A stretch of 64,000 bases of DNA, from the NCBI RefSeq assembly GCF_964204645.1, contig NC_134031.1, forward strand, positions 5,456,001-5,520,000, in the 5' to 3' direction. Both the position numbers and the translations under genes were made by a program. The notes under the pieces are model-generated. The model was not told where the DNA came from and did no database searches. It worked only from the letters and a program-made list of their open reading frames with translations. Shown here one piece after another: positions 37,656 through 49,684 of this stretch. Each line of letters begins with the position of its first letter. Position 1 is the stretch's first letter. This DNA is from Tubulanus polymorphus (lineage: Eukaryota; Animalia; Nemertea).

Positions 37656-37679
37656 CTTCCATTGGGTTAGTTTACTCAT
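37656..37679 (-). CDS. Candidate alternative first coding exon (MSKLTQWK)
   Basis: ATG to AAG|gtaatt, phase 0; TATATATA about 125 nt upstream. Confidence 0.35.
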
Positions 37680-38078
37680 TATTTGACTCGGCGCGCACAA
37701 TGACCACCCGCTCGCTAGCTGAACTCAGCTCGGCGTTGGCATCCACCACGAAAGAAGCAACCGGACGGACGGATGGTGCGCCGGTAAACTGCGTGTGTGT
37801 ATATATACGTAGACTGTCACCGGATGACGAGAAGATTCGAGCCGATGGATAATGCGAAGGATTACGGGAGAACATGCGCCCCATAAATCCGACTACATCA
37901 TCCTCGATTGATCGATACGGCCGACGTTGCGGTTGTTGTATGTGAAAGGTTATTATTACGAGAAAGCTCGAGGAATAAAGCTAGAAATACCGAACGACGT
38001 CGATACCCACGGAAATCATATTTCCCAGATCCTTAATACTTCTATATCGAGGCATTCGGTTAATGAATCGCGTACTTT

Positions 38079-38250
38079 AAAATCCGCGATCGCACGAGCA
38101 TTTATGGCCCGGGCCAAATTAGGCCTGGAACAACTATTCACACAGGTACCAAATGGGCCTGTGGCTGTTTGGCCCGACTAGAAGTGCTGGACTAGGACCG
38201 AGCTAAATTTTAGCGCGGGTGAATTCCAACTAGTTCCAGAAGTGACTTTA
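38079..38250 (-). mobile_element. MITE family B, partial
   Basis: One TIR and core. Confidence 0.7.
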
Positions 38251-38596
38251 AAATCATCCGCTACTTCCTTCCTCGTGCTATTAACAAAGCATTATGCAAC
38301 GAAGCCGACAATTTCTAAATATTATACGAATAAGGCAGAAGTGGTCGATCATCTCCTCTGCCGATGTGTTCACGCTGAATACGTTCCCCTTTTTTAATAT
38401 TCAAGTGAAAAACTGAGCTAATTAGGGATAAAAACTAGGATATATGCTAATCGAAATATATCGATCTGATCTGGAAACGTTAACCGCGCATTCCATTCAG
38501 TTCGTCGATGTTATCAAAAATAAACAATAGTTGGGATATTAGCTTTGGAAATTTCTCGAAAAACACGAACGAAGAGGTTGATAATATATGAATGAA

Positions 38597-39183
38597 TCAG
38601 CAGGATGATAGGCAGTTCCTATATCAGGATGATAGGCAGTTCCTATATCAGTTCCCTACATCAGGATGAATAAGCAGGATGATAGGCAGTTCCTAAATCA
38701 GGATGATAGGCAGTTCCCTTATATCAGGATGATAGGCAGTTCCTATATCAGAATGATAGGCAGTTCCCTATATCAGGATGATAGGCAGTTCCTATATCAG
38801 GATGATAGGCAGTTCCTATATCAGTTCCCTACATCAGGATGATGAATAAGCAGGATGATAGGCAGTTCCTAAATCAGGATGATAGGCAGTTCCCTTATAT
38901 CAGGATGATAGGCAGTTCCTATATCAGAATGATAGACAGTTCCCTATATCAGGATGATAGGCAGTTCCTATATCAAGATGATAGGCAGTTCCTATATCAG
39001 TTCCCTACATCAGGATGATGAATAAGCAGGATGATAGGCAGTTCCTAAATCAGGATGATAGGCAGTTCCCTTATATCAGGATGAAAGGCAGTTCCTATAT
39101 CAGGATGATAGGCAGTTCCTATATCAGAATGATAGGCAGTTCTCAGATCTATCAGTTCCCAGTTCTATCAGAATGATAGGCAG
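38597..39183. repeat. 24-bp minisatellite (ATCAGGATGATAGGCAGTTCCTAT) with ~175-bp higher-order repeat
   Basis: Direct reading. Confidence 0.95.
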
Positions 39184-40201
39184 GTTACGAAACTGTTGAC
39201 GATGTTCTGAATTGTTTCCAGGAATTTAGGGCATTTCCGCCATTCCGCCTTCATAGATACTCCCTCCGCAATTCCGTTTCCGTCATTCCGTTTTCCGCGT
39301 TTAGAGAACTACCGCTATCAACAGGCTGAATTGTTTCCAGGAACTCGGGAATATGCAGGAAATGTTCGCCGGGAGGGGGTGCGGGGTGGCGGAGATATAC
39401 ATATCGTACATCAATGCCATTGGCTTGATCTAACCTCTACTTTTTATACGAAGATGATGATGGCTGAATTATCTCTGTTCAGTTAAGACATGGCGGCACC
39501 ATACTATCGTAAAAAAAAAACTTACCAGTAGAGGAACTATTGAACAATACGTAATTCAGATCTTCGGTAGAGAGTTCAAATAGTTGAAAATCCATGGAAG
39601 CATCGAAGCTCAGTAATTTGATATTGTTTGTAATTAGCTTTGTCTTATTCTATATAAATCAAATATAATATCTATATTATTGTAGATAACCCACAATTAC
39701 ATAAATTTGAAGATTTGTTTAGATCATCGGATGTAAAACTCCAAAAGCTTGCCTTATTTATACAAAGAGATCTCAAGTATTTTGAATAATATTGCTATAT
39801 TATTTTTTGGCGTGTTATCGTGGATAGATATTAGCCTTAGCTATATCATCTATCCAAAATAAAACCGAATTTCGTTTCTGTTATTGCGTAACATGTTGTA
39901 TTGTCGTTTTGCTCTGTAAGCAAATGTACTTTTTGTGAGCAATAAAAATATATTCCATTCTATATTCTAATACCAGTATGATATGATAATTTAATCACTC
40001 TTGCGCTATGCCTGAAGAGGGGAAAATGTAACTCGCGAAAACGGTTGCTAGAATAAATTTATATACTCATTAGAAAATGAGATTTGTACTGTTTTCGCTT
40101 ATATGGATTTTTATTATGTAACTTGATGTCGCTTTAATTGTTGACAGTTTGCCCGATTCATCCACCTAGCAACTAGAGTAGTTTGTACCACCTCTTCGCT
40201 G

Positions 40202-40775
40202 ATCAATAGGATCGCAGAATTTATCAACTGTTCATGGGCTCTGGGCCAAACTGAGAAGAGCCTTGATCGAGAATGTTTTTCACAAGTCTCTGACGTCCCG
40301 TCATAAGCGAAAGAAAAACTATGAAACAACTATAAACATCACTTCACCTTCAGTTTCCAACTCTCTACATCAGAGTTCAGTATATAGCATACCCACTATA
40401 ATCCCCACTATAATCCACTGGTATTTTCATAAAAATTATTTAGCTTCAGATTAAAATATTCGAAAAAGACTAAATTCTAAATGTATAAAGTCAAACTTAA
40501 ATCAATAGGATTGCAGAATTAATCAATTGTTCGTGGGCTGGGCCAAACCGTGGACTCTAAGAGTCCATGGCCAAACTGAGAAGAGTCTTGATCGAGCATG
40601 TTTCAAGTCTCTGACGTCCCGTCATAGGCGGAAGAAAAAAACTATAAAACGACTATAAACATCACTACACCTTCGGTTTCCAACTCTACGCCAGAGTTCA
40701 GTATAGCATACCCGCTATTTTCTCATAAAAATTATTTAGCTTCAGATTTAAAAATTCGAAAAAGGAATAAAATTT
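40202..40775. repeat. ~300-bp tandem duplication
   Basis: ATCAATAGGAT.GCAGAATT starts at 40202 and 40501. Confidence 0.9.
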
Positions 40776-41117
40776 CTATCATCCATGGAACGAGGGCCCA
40801 TAACACAGAACGACGTACGTATAACACAGCCCCGATGAAACTTTAATACACCTCTGTAAAACACCGTTCGGTCTCCTATCCATTATGTACGACTACGGAA
40901 AAGCTAAAAGCTGAAAGTCAGTAAAAAAGTTCAAAATAGATGGAATGGATTTTGCCTGTAATGTAATTCGATGAATTCAGCTGCAATGGCTGGAGGGTAT
41001 GACGGTGTAAAATTTACTCGCAGCCGAGATTTCAAGCTCATCGATTTTTCAACAGCTTTATCGGATTTTACGCGAAATAATATGTCGATGATACCTCAAA
41101 ACACGAAACCTAGCGAC

Positions 41118-41593
41118 AACTCGATCGCACGGAGATGATTTGGCCCGGCCTAAATTGGCAAGGATCGGACCCAAGTCCAATTTGGCCCGCGCGCCATCAG
41201 AGAGCACGCTCACACACAAACCACTCACTCCCATGCTAAACAATGCTTAAACAAAGCGAAGCGAGTCATTTCCGTAACCAGTTCCAACTCAAACGCTTGA
41301 CCCGTCCAGTGTTTTCAATAAGAAATTAACAAGCCAGGTGGTCCCTTTGAAAAACAGGATGGTCCCATTATATGTCACAGTCCCTGAAACAAAAGGTGGT
41401 TTGAAAAAACAGGCGGGTCCTTTACAAACAACAGACGGGTCTGGGACCTGGGACCTGGCTCTTATTGAAAACACTGCCCGTGGTAAAATTTAGCTCTGCC
41501 CAAAACAGGCACGGGTCCATTTGGCACCCGCGTGAACAGTTGTTCCATGTCTAATTTGGCACGGGCCAAAAATGCTCGTGTGATCGCAGCTTA
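41118..41593 (+). mobile_element. MITE family B interrupted by a hAT-like MITE
   Basis: Core resumes after the 41307-41476 insert. Confidence 0.85.
41307..41476. mobile_element. hAT-like MITE
   Basis: Perfect 16-bp TIR CAGTGTTTTCAATAAG; flanks CCCGTC / CCCGTG. Confidence 0.8.
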
Positions 41594-42410
41594 TGATTTG
41601 GATAAAATAACTCTCAGTTCAGATGCGGAAAAACGCTATAACGTAGTATTAGAATTCGCTTTACACCGACTATTGCGTCGCATCGAGAGTCGGGACACTA
41701 CTAGGAACACTGCCGTAATCCGCCGACGCATTAGCGACATTAGACGTACTTGGTTAAACCATAAATAAGAAACGCCGGTCCGAGGATTACCGTTGACAGA
41801 CAGTAGCACCGACGCGTCGCGATTTCCGCCGAGATCCTAAATTGATACAGACAGTCCGATAGTACCGGGGCTAAATCGAATCGTGCGATTTCCGACGAGC
41901 ACGCGAGCGCAAGCAACCGGCTGGAGTCGGCGATGAAAGGTGTAAACCTAAGTGAAATATTCGCGGTGCCCCCGCGGGCGACCTGTACGCCGTAATTTTC
42001 CACGTCGTCTGATGTCGATACGATGATGACAACGCTCTGTCTCTGTCTCTCTTTCTTGTCTGATCAGATGCCGCATCATCTCCTGCGCAGGCAACTCGAT
42101 TATTTTATACAACGTAAAATTGAAATCGATCGTCAACAACAGAGACCGAATATCTTGTCATAGACTACAGCTTGTACATTACTCATACACGCAGACCCCC
42201 TTCTAACTTGAAATAATCAGCACTGGCAATTTTTGATTTGAATTGATAATTCGAGCTAATTGATGGAAATTTAATTGATAATCTACTAAAAATGGTTCTC
42301 TTTGAAGTGATAATTCGGCTTCAAAGGATAGGAAGAGAAGTTCGGAAGAGTTACCGGCACTACTCGGATGCAAACAGGGGAAACTAACACTAGGCCCTGT
42401 GAACGCTATG

Positions 42411-42717
42411 TTAACCCTTTCAGTGTGATCACAATGCATGTTTACACCGCAGTGCGGCGTGTAAATTGGTGATGGACCTTGCTAGTTCACTGCACCATAG
42501 TGTATTGATGTTATTAGTACTGAGTTTTTATCTCTATTGAAAGATGGCAGCACGCGTCAAACATTGAAATATAGGCAACTACGATACACCGCACTGCGGT
42601 GTAGACGCCCTTTAGCAGTATGCCCATTATTCAACACATTGGGGCGCAATTTCTAAAAAATTTCAAATAATCTCCAGCACATCCAGTAATCAATTAGTTA
42701 GCACTGAAAGGGTTTAA
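42411..42717 (-). mobile_element. MITE family A
   Basis: TIRs and TTAA. Confidence 0.9.
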
Positions 42718-43284
42718 TTGGTAGATGGTTTATGTAGTATATAGTCGTATCCATTATATTATCAGGATCTTTCTTTATTTTTGTACTTTCCTGTCCTTTG
42801 ACTGTAATGAGGTGCCATCTTTTCAAGTAGCCGAGCCTGAAAGCTTCTCTTGGATTCACCTCTGTATCCATACGCATTGCGTATCGAGTTTAACTGGTAT
42901 CAATGATGAAAAATTGTAAATGAATAATTCAGCTCTCCACTTTCAACGAAAAAAAACATGTCAAAATTTCATAGAATTGAAAAGTCAACTCAGGCGAGCG
43001 TAAAATTTCAAATAAATTGTACACAAGGCTTTCAATCCCTCAGGTTTAACTTGCTTCTTAGTATTCCGTGATTCAGATACTCTACAAGTTCTAGCAAAAA
43101 ACCCTCGCGCACAAGTAACCGCATTAAAAACAGCGCGAGTGAAATCGACCCGAATGAATCGCGACTTGCAGCAACGAATTCCACGAGGTACACGTATAAA
43201 TGACGAAGGTTTCGAACGTGGATGAAATCCAGATTAATCTGAAAGACAAGGTTAATCTGACGTGAACTTAAGCAGTGAAAATAA

Positions 43285-43850
43285 CCTAGCTCAGCTACAG
43301 CTAGCTTTGCGGGTTTGAGCAGTGTGACATAGTCCATGTAGCCAACTAGCCAAATAAGCTATAGTCGGAATTGCAGAATAGCCCAATAGCTTTTTGCAGA
43401 TAGAGCTACATGAGCTGAGGTCTGTATAGCCGAATAGCCACACAAGCTACAGTCCATGTCGCAGAATAGCTATGAGAGCCATGAAAATAGCTAGCTACAT
43501 GAGCTACAGTTTATGTAGCAGAATAACTAGCTACATGAGTTACAGGTATGTAACAAAACAGCTAGCCACCTGAACTACAGTCTATGTAGCAGCTTAGCTA
43601 CATGAGCTACAGTCTCTGTAGCAGAATTACCACCTGAGCTACAGTCTATGTAGCAGTATAGCTACATGAGCTACAGTCTTTGTAGCAGAATAGCCACCTG
43701 AGCTACAGTCTATGTAGCAGCATAGCTACATGAGCTACAGTCTCTGTAACAGAATTACCACCCGAGCTACAGTCTATGTAAGCTACATAAGCTACAGTCT
43801 ATGTAGCAGAAACAGTCTATGTAGCAGAATAGCCACACAATATGTAGCAC
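43285..43850. repeat. ~32-bp minisatellite (GCTACATGAGCTACAGTCTATGTAGCAGAATA)
   Basis: Direct reading. Confidence 0.92.
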
Positions 43851-44535
43851 AATAAAATTGTCATGCACTACCTTGGAATCACAGAAAAGCCACAAGCTTC
43901 AATGTAGTTTTATTACTACATCCGAGCTTTCGTAAATATAGCTGTAGCTTCGGTCTATGTAGCAGTACAAATAACACGGAGATTATCCAGAGATTTATCA
44001 TCAAACAAGCGACTGGCAATCTCATTCTGGCCAGGAATTAGTGTGCTTTACCTCCTCGTCAGCTGCTTCATCTCCGACCTAATACAAAAACGCTTAGCAC
44101 TCCCTATAAATCATTTCATTGGACCTCATTTTCGACGAAAGGGTAAACATGTCAGTTAGATAAAGAAGAAAACATTTCTTAAGTACATTATCTACGTAAT
44201 TATGTTTTAAGGTGCATTGTTCTACTAGTTTACATCAAACAAATATGCTCTTTCTGAAGATAGACAATCATCTCCTCTGGATTAAAACAATGGTCAGGAC
44301 CCGGTTCCATCGTTCTTGAATAGAATTTGACTGGTCATGAGTAAAAACATTGGTAGCGAAATAATTCTAGAGTGAAAATTCTGGCACTGTGGAACTGGGT
44401 CCAAATGGTGCGGTGTTGTGACCACTACACTGTATGGCCAGTTCACTGCAGACATTGACAAATGAAGCCATTGTATCCTGAGCATGATTATCAAACCTAT
44501 CAAGCACTGTAATTCAATTATTCCTATGCAAATAT

Positions 44536-44802
44536 AAGCCGCAATCGCACTGAGAAGATTTGGCCCGGGCCAAATTGGCACGGCCCAGACCCATGCCTAA
44601 TTAGAGGGCCCGATCACACGTAAACCACTCACTCGATACTAAACAATGCTCAAACAAAGCGCAGTGAGTCACTTCCGGAACCAGTAGCAATTCCAGGTCA
44701 ATTCTGCTAAAATCTGGCTCCGGCCTGGTCCAAAGTTTTTGGTCATTTGGCACCTATGTGAACAACTGATCAGGGCCAAAAATACCTGTGCGATCGCCGC
44801 TA
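44536..44802 (+). mobile_element. MITE family B
   Basis: TIRs and core. Confidence 0.85.
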
Positions 44803-44951
44803 CACCGTTAATGAACTTTCCTCCATTCAAACAGCGATAATAGAGCGTCTATTATCGCTCTATTTGAATGTCAGCGATTCCCCAAACGATTCTTCGAAAT
44901 AGAAGCCTTTGAATAAGAATCTTCATACATTATCATCGAACGTTTTCTTAC

Positions 44952-44981
44952 CGCCACAGACAGTAACGCTTTTTGCTCCAT
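44952..44981 (-). CDS. Candidate alternative first coding exon (MEQKALLSVA)
   Basis: ATG to GCG|gtaaga, phase 0, CpG-rich block upstream. Confidence 0.35.
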
Positions 44982-46924
44982 CTCAAACGGTCGACGTACT
45001 TAGTAGAATTTTCGACACGGTTGACAACGATCGGCGACCTATCAACGACCATCGTCGTCGAAATATCAAAAACGCGTCACTTCCAGAATACATCCTTTTC
45101 GAAAATCCGCGAACGTCGTCGCAGTTTTTAACATATACGTATATAGTTGAACGCGCTTTATCGACTGAACGGATGGGACGCGATTGACCCAACACCCGCG
45201 TCCGAATTCTAAATTCTACAAATCTTTACCGATAAAACAACAACAACAGCAACGACGATGACGACGTATTCCGTCTGCTGTAGACCCGACACGCGAATAA
45301 ACTCTCGCGCATCATCGACTAATAAATTCTGTTTAACGATGACATTTACGATTTTCCAGTTCGGTGTCAAAGACGAATATATCGTTTCCCAAGCGCGCGC
45401 GCACACACGCCGTTTCGAGGGGTTACGAAAGGAGAATCGCGGGCAGACAAAATGCTCCGTATTGTCGTCACAAAATGCCAGCGATGCTACGCGACCGGAG
45501 TATACCTCCAACAATGTCATCCGTCGCCGCCGCGGAGACGTATTATAAATCACGCAATCAACGCGAAGCTTTATTGTTGTCGAGATCAATCAACGATCAA
45601 TTTGTGGCCTCAACGATATAACGTCTGACCCCTGATGGTTTTAATTTTGCGTCGGTCGTCGTCTGCGGATACACTCGCAGCAGAAACAGACCGCGTTATT
45701 AGATTTATATCAATCGCAATAATATCCGTCGGGTCGTTTTGTTTTCTGGCAGTTGTTATTAGACTGAGTGAATAGAGAACCTATTTACCAGAACCTTAGT
45801 TTAAAATCATCGCAATTGATCATAGTTACAATATTCATATCCCCTGTGTACGGTGTAATCGCCAATGCTTCAATGTACGATGATTCCATAAATGATTTCA
45901 ATTTCGCATTAAACCTGTGGAACTGGATCCAAAGTGAAACCATATCCACAGTTGAATCGAACCCACTGATTTAATGAGCTGAGAGTGCGGATCAAATTAA
46001 ATCATCTTTCTGTGTATACAGGGTCAAATCATATCCACAATTGCGTAACTGGTGGAACTGGATCCAAGGCCTATGGACATGTATTACCGAACTGAGGGTG
46101 GGCCCCCAGTCAAGTCCAAATCACAAAACCGGTAACCACACGCGAACCGGGTTCAGCGTCTGTCCATTAAGTCCACAACTGCACTATATTGGAACCGGAG
46201 TCAAGGTCACAAGCATGTATAAAATATAGTTCAGAGACAAAACAGCACTGGCTCAAATCTACAACTGTGGGACTGGATCCAGACTCGACCTATATACAAC
46301 GGGCAGATCCAGAGGGCAATTTTGAAGGACTTCTCGCATCCCAAAAGGGCACTTAGATGTCCATAAAAGGGAATACAAGGTGCACCCCTGCACTGAAATG
46401 CACCAATAATCTATATTTACTAAATGAAAAAGGTACACTTAAACAATTTGATGGACTTGTGCAAGTCCCCCTGGATCTGCCGCAGCTATATAATTATGCA
46501 TGGAACTCAGATCAGAGTCAAACTAGATCGACGATTGTAAAACTTGATCCGTCTTTCAAACTGTACATGGATATCATAATGTAACGCTAATCATAACTAT
46601 CAGCCTCGCGACAGAGTCAGACGTCACAGTCAGTTTAAAAACCTGATTAAAATCGTTTCATTTCGAACATCGCGAGTTATTATTTACCGATAGATCATGT
46701 TCTAACGATCGGTTTAGCATAAATCATTGACTGTAAAATGGCACGTGAACGCAGCCAGCTCGCCGAGCCCGTGATTACAGCCACTGGAGAACATTAAAAG
46801 CGCCGAACGATCCACTCGACAAAAACAAAAACACGCACGAAATGAAAAACATCAAGCCAAACGTCACTATTCTGAATTTGCTACGAAAAAGGTCTATCCT
46901 TGGTATCACGATAACGATAACCGA

Positions 46925-47069
46925 ATTTTCTATAGCGCCCTTCACACTGAGACACAACGTTCAAAGGGGCTTTTCATTGGTATTTTTACCCCCAGCCTAT
47001 CGGGCCAGGAACCCATTTGCTCCTGGGTGGAGAGAGGCAATGAGGATAAGTGCCTTGCCTGAGGACACT
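46925..47069 (-). mobile_element. 5'-truncated inverted copy of the same SINE
   Basis: Reverse complement aligns to 47157-47385. Confidence 0.8.
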
Positions 47070-47080
47070 ACAGGAACCCT

Positions 47081-47385
47081 GAGCGGTATGGGTGAGTGGT
47101 TAGAGCGTTCGACTCTGGGAAGCCAGCTCTCGGGTTCGAACCCCGTACATTACCGCAGTGTCCCCAGGCAAGACACTTATCCTCATTGCTTCTCTCCATC
47201 CAGGATTAAATGGGTACCCGGTCTGATAGATGACTCCCGAGCGCTAACAGCTGCTCGGATATTACTTCTCTCCAGGGAGACTGATACATGGAGATACATG
47301 GAGTTATAGGCTGGGGGTAATAATACCAATTTAATGGAAAACGCTGTTGAACATAGTATTACAGTGAAAACTGCGCTTAAGAAAT
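47081..47385 (+). mobile_element. tRNA-derived SINE
   Basis: TGGTTAGAGCG A box, GGTTCGAACCC B box, same central blocks. Confidence 0.85.
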
Positions 47386-47451
47386 TAAACAACTATTACT
47401 TTTATCATCATAACCATTCAACTTAACTAAAAAATACTTAAACAAAAATAC

Positions 47452-47745
47452 TTAACCCTTTCAGTGTGTCCAGACCGCAGAGCAGTGTATAAACTAGTGA
47501 TGGATTTTGCTAGTACACCGCACTGCGGTGTATTGATTTAATTAGTAATTAATAATTATCTCTTGAAAGATGGCAGCACCTGTCAAACAGAGTGAAATAT
47601 TAGTAACTAACGATACACCGCGCCACGGTGTAGACGCACTATAGTGGTATTCCCGTTATTCAACATACTAGAGTGGAATTTTTCAAAAATTTCAAATTGT
47701 CACCAGCACTATAGGGTATTAACTAGTCAGCACTAAAAGGGTTAA
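47452..47745 (-). mobile_element. MITE family A
   Basis: TIRs and TTAA. Confidence 0.92.
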
Positions 47746-48176
47746 GTGAAATATTTTTCCACATGAGTTAAGCGTGCCTGAAAATCAAGCGTAAATGAAG
47801 TGTCATCTGTTTGTTTATCGCGCAAATATTTCGGATACGTCGAAATTCAGGCGTGAAAATATTCGAATTCGAGTACGCCGCGAGAACTCGTCGCTGAGAG
47901 ACCATCGAGGATACGGAAATCATTTGACAACGTTTTACCATCTACTTAATATAGTCGGCGTATAATATCAAAACAATCAATAACGCCGGCTTCAAGCAGA
48001 CGCAAATATACCTAATGGAATCAAACTGGTCAGCGTAAGCTAACGGGGAGAGAGGAGGAGATGAAGAGGCAGATATTGAAAGTATGAAAAAAGGAAACAT
48101 CCTCCCCCGGCTGGGATTGGAACCTGATGGTATCCCTTCATTCAGCCAGGGCATGAACCCCTGCACTAAAAAACCC

Positions 48177-48680
48177 CGCCACACTAGAAACTCTGCTCTG
48201 CCACACTAGAAACTGCTCTGCCACACTAGAAACCCTGCCACACTAGAAACTCTGCTCTGCCACACTAGAAACTCTGCTCTGCCACACGAGAAACTGCTCT
48301 GCCACACTAGAAACCCTGCTCTACCACACTAGAAACTGTTCTGCCCCACCAGAAACTGCTCTGCCACTCTCTCTGAAACTCTGCTCTGCCACACTAGAAA
48401 CTCTGCTCTGCCATACTAGAAACTCTGCTCTGCCACACTAGAAACTGCTCTGCCACACCAGAAACTCAGCTCTGCCACACTAGAAACTGCTCTGCGATAC
48501 TAGAAACTGCTCTGCCATACTAGAAACTGCTCTGCCACACTAGAAACTGCTCTGCCACACTAGAAACTGCTCTGCCACACTAGAAACTGCTCTGCCACAC
48601 TAGAAACTGCTCTGCCACACTAGAAACTCAGCTCTGCCACACTAGAAATCCTGCCACACTAGAAATCCTGCCACACTAGA
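48177..48680. repeat. 17-22-bp minisatellite (GCCACACTAGAAACTGCTCT)
   Basis: Direct reading, about 25 units. Confidence 0.95.
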
Positions 48681-49437
48681 CTGGGTGCGATGGTCTAGTG
48701 TGGCAGGGTTTCACCATGGCTGAGTGAAACGATGCCATCACGTTCGAATCTCTGCTGAGGAAGCATGGAAGGGGAAAACCAGAGATGATGGTATGGGAAA
48801 CGTTAGTCATGGACAGGGAGATAAGAGAAAGGCTGTATTGATCATTCTGAATTCATTCCATGCCACCAGTAGTCTTTGTTTTCTCTCTCTCACTGCGGAG
48901 AGAGGTTTATCGCGAAGTAAATAACAGGACATCAATGAGCCCCGAACGCTCTTAATGAAATGGCAATAAAGAGCCCTATGTCTAATTTCCTTTCAAAGCT
49001 CAACCTGGACAGCGCGAATACAATATACAATCAGTATAGGTCCAGGGATAGAGGTGGAACGCGTGCTTCTGGTTTCCGGAATGATTAAGCGCGGAACATC
49101 AGTCTCAGGTACGCGAACAAGGACGCCGTGGTGAAAAGAATGATGAAAATAGACCTCTTTCATTAGTCGGTTAGCGTCTGGACCCGCGCAACCCTGATTG
49201 ACGACGAAGAATTTCTCCGTTTAACAGAAATAGCCCACATTTCATAGATATATAGATAAGGCATATTTATATTGATGAGTGTAACTGAATGTACGCATTT
49301 TATGATGTCATGAATCGAAATTGAATGACCAGAGCAAGGAGGCGAGGAACTTCAGCATTCAAGATTGCGATTGTAGGAAAAAGTGGACAAGAAAAAAATG
49401 GCCACGGAAATAAATAGCAGTACAGTTCTTTAAACTT

Positions 49438-49565
49438 CTGGGGCCAGTTGCGTAGGCATGGCTTAGACTTAGGCTCAGTCTAAGACCAACGAAGTTCTAT
49501 AGCCAATCTAACAACTAAAGACAAGACTTACAATTTAAGACCACTTTTGGACTTAAGTCACGACC
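49438..49565. mobile_element. MITE family C, truncated by an adjacent family D copy
   Basis: CTGGGGCCAGTTGC end; CTTAAG-rich body. Confidence 0.75.
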
Positions 49566-49684
49566 CAGGGGCAAGTTGCTTTAAAAGTTTGTTAAAGATA
49601 ACCGGCAGATAAATACCAACAATTGTCACCATGTCAACTGTCCACTGGTTAACTCTAACCAACTTTTGAGCAACTGGGCCCCAG
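49566..49684. mobile_element. MITE family D
   Basis: Same TIRs and body. Confidence 0.8.

Noticed and set aside
38597-39183. CRISPR-like appearance of the tandem arrays (also 43.3 and 48.2 kb)
   Set aside because: Eukaryotic context, no unique spacers, no cas genes
39526-39595. ATG-to-gtaagt segment MDFQLFELSTEDLNYVLFNSSST
   Set aside because: Phase 1, out of frame with the common exon; at most a non-coding or uORF exon
46842-47309. 155-aa ORF
   Set aside because: Reads through SINE copies
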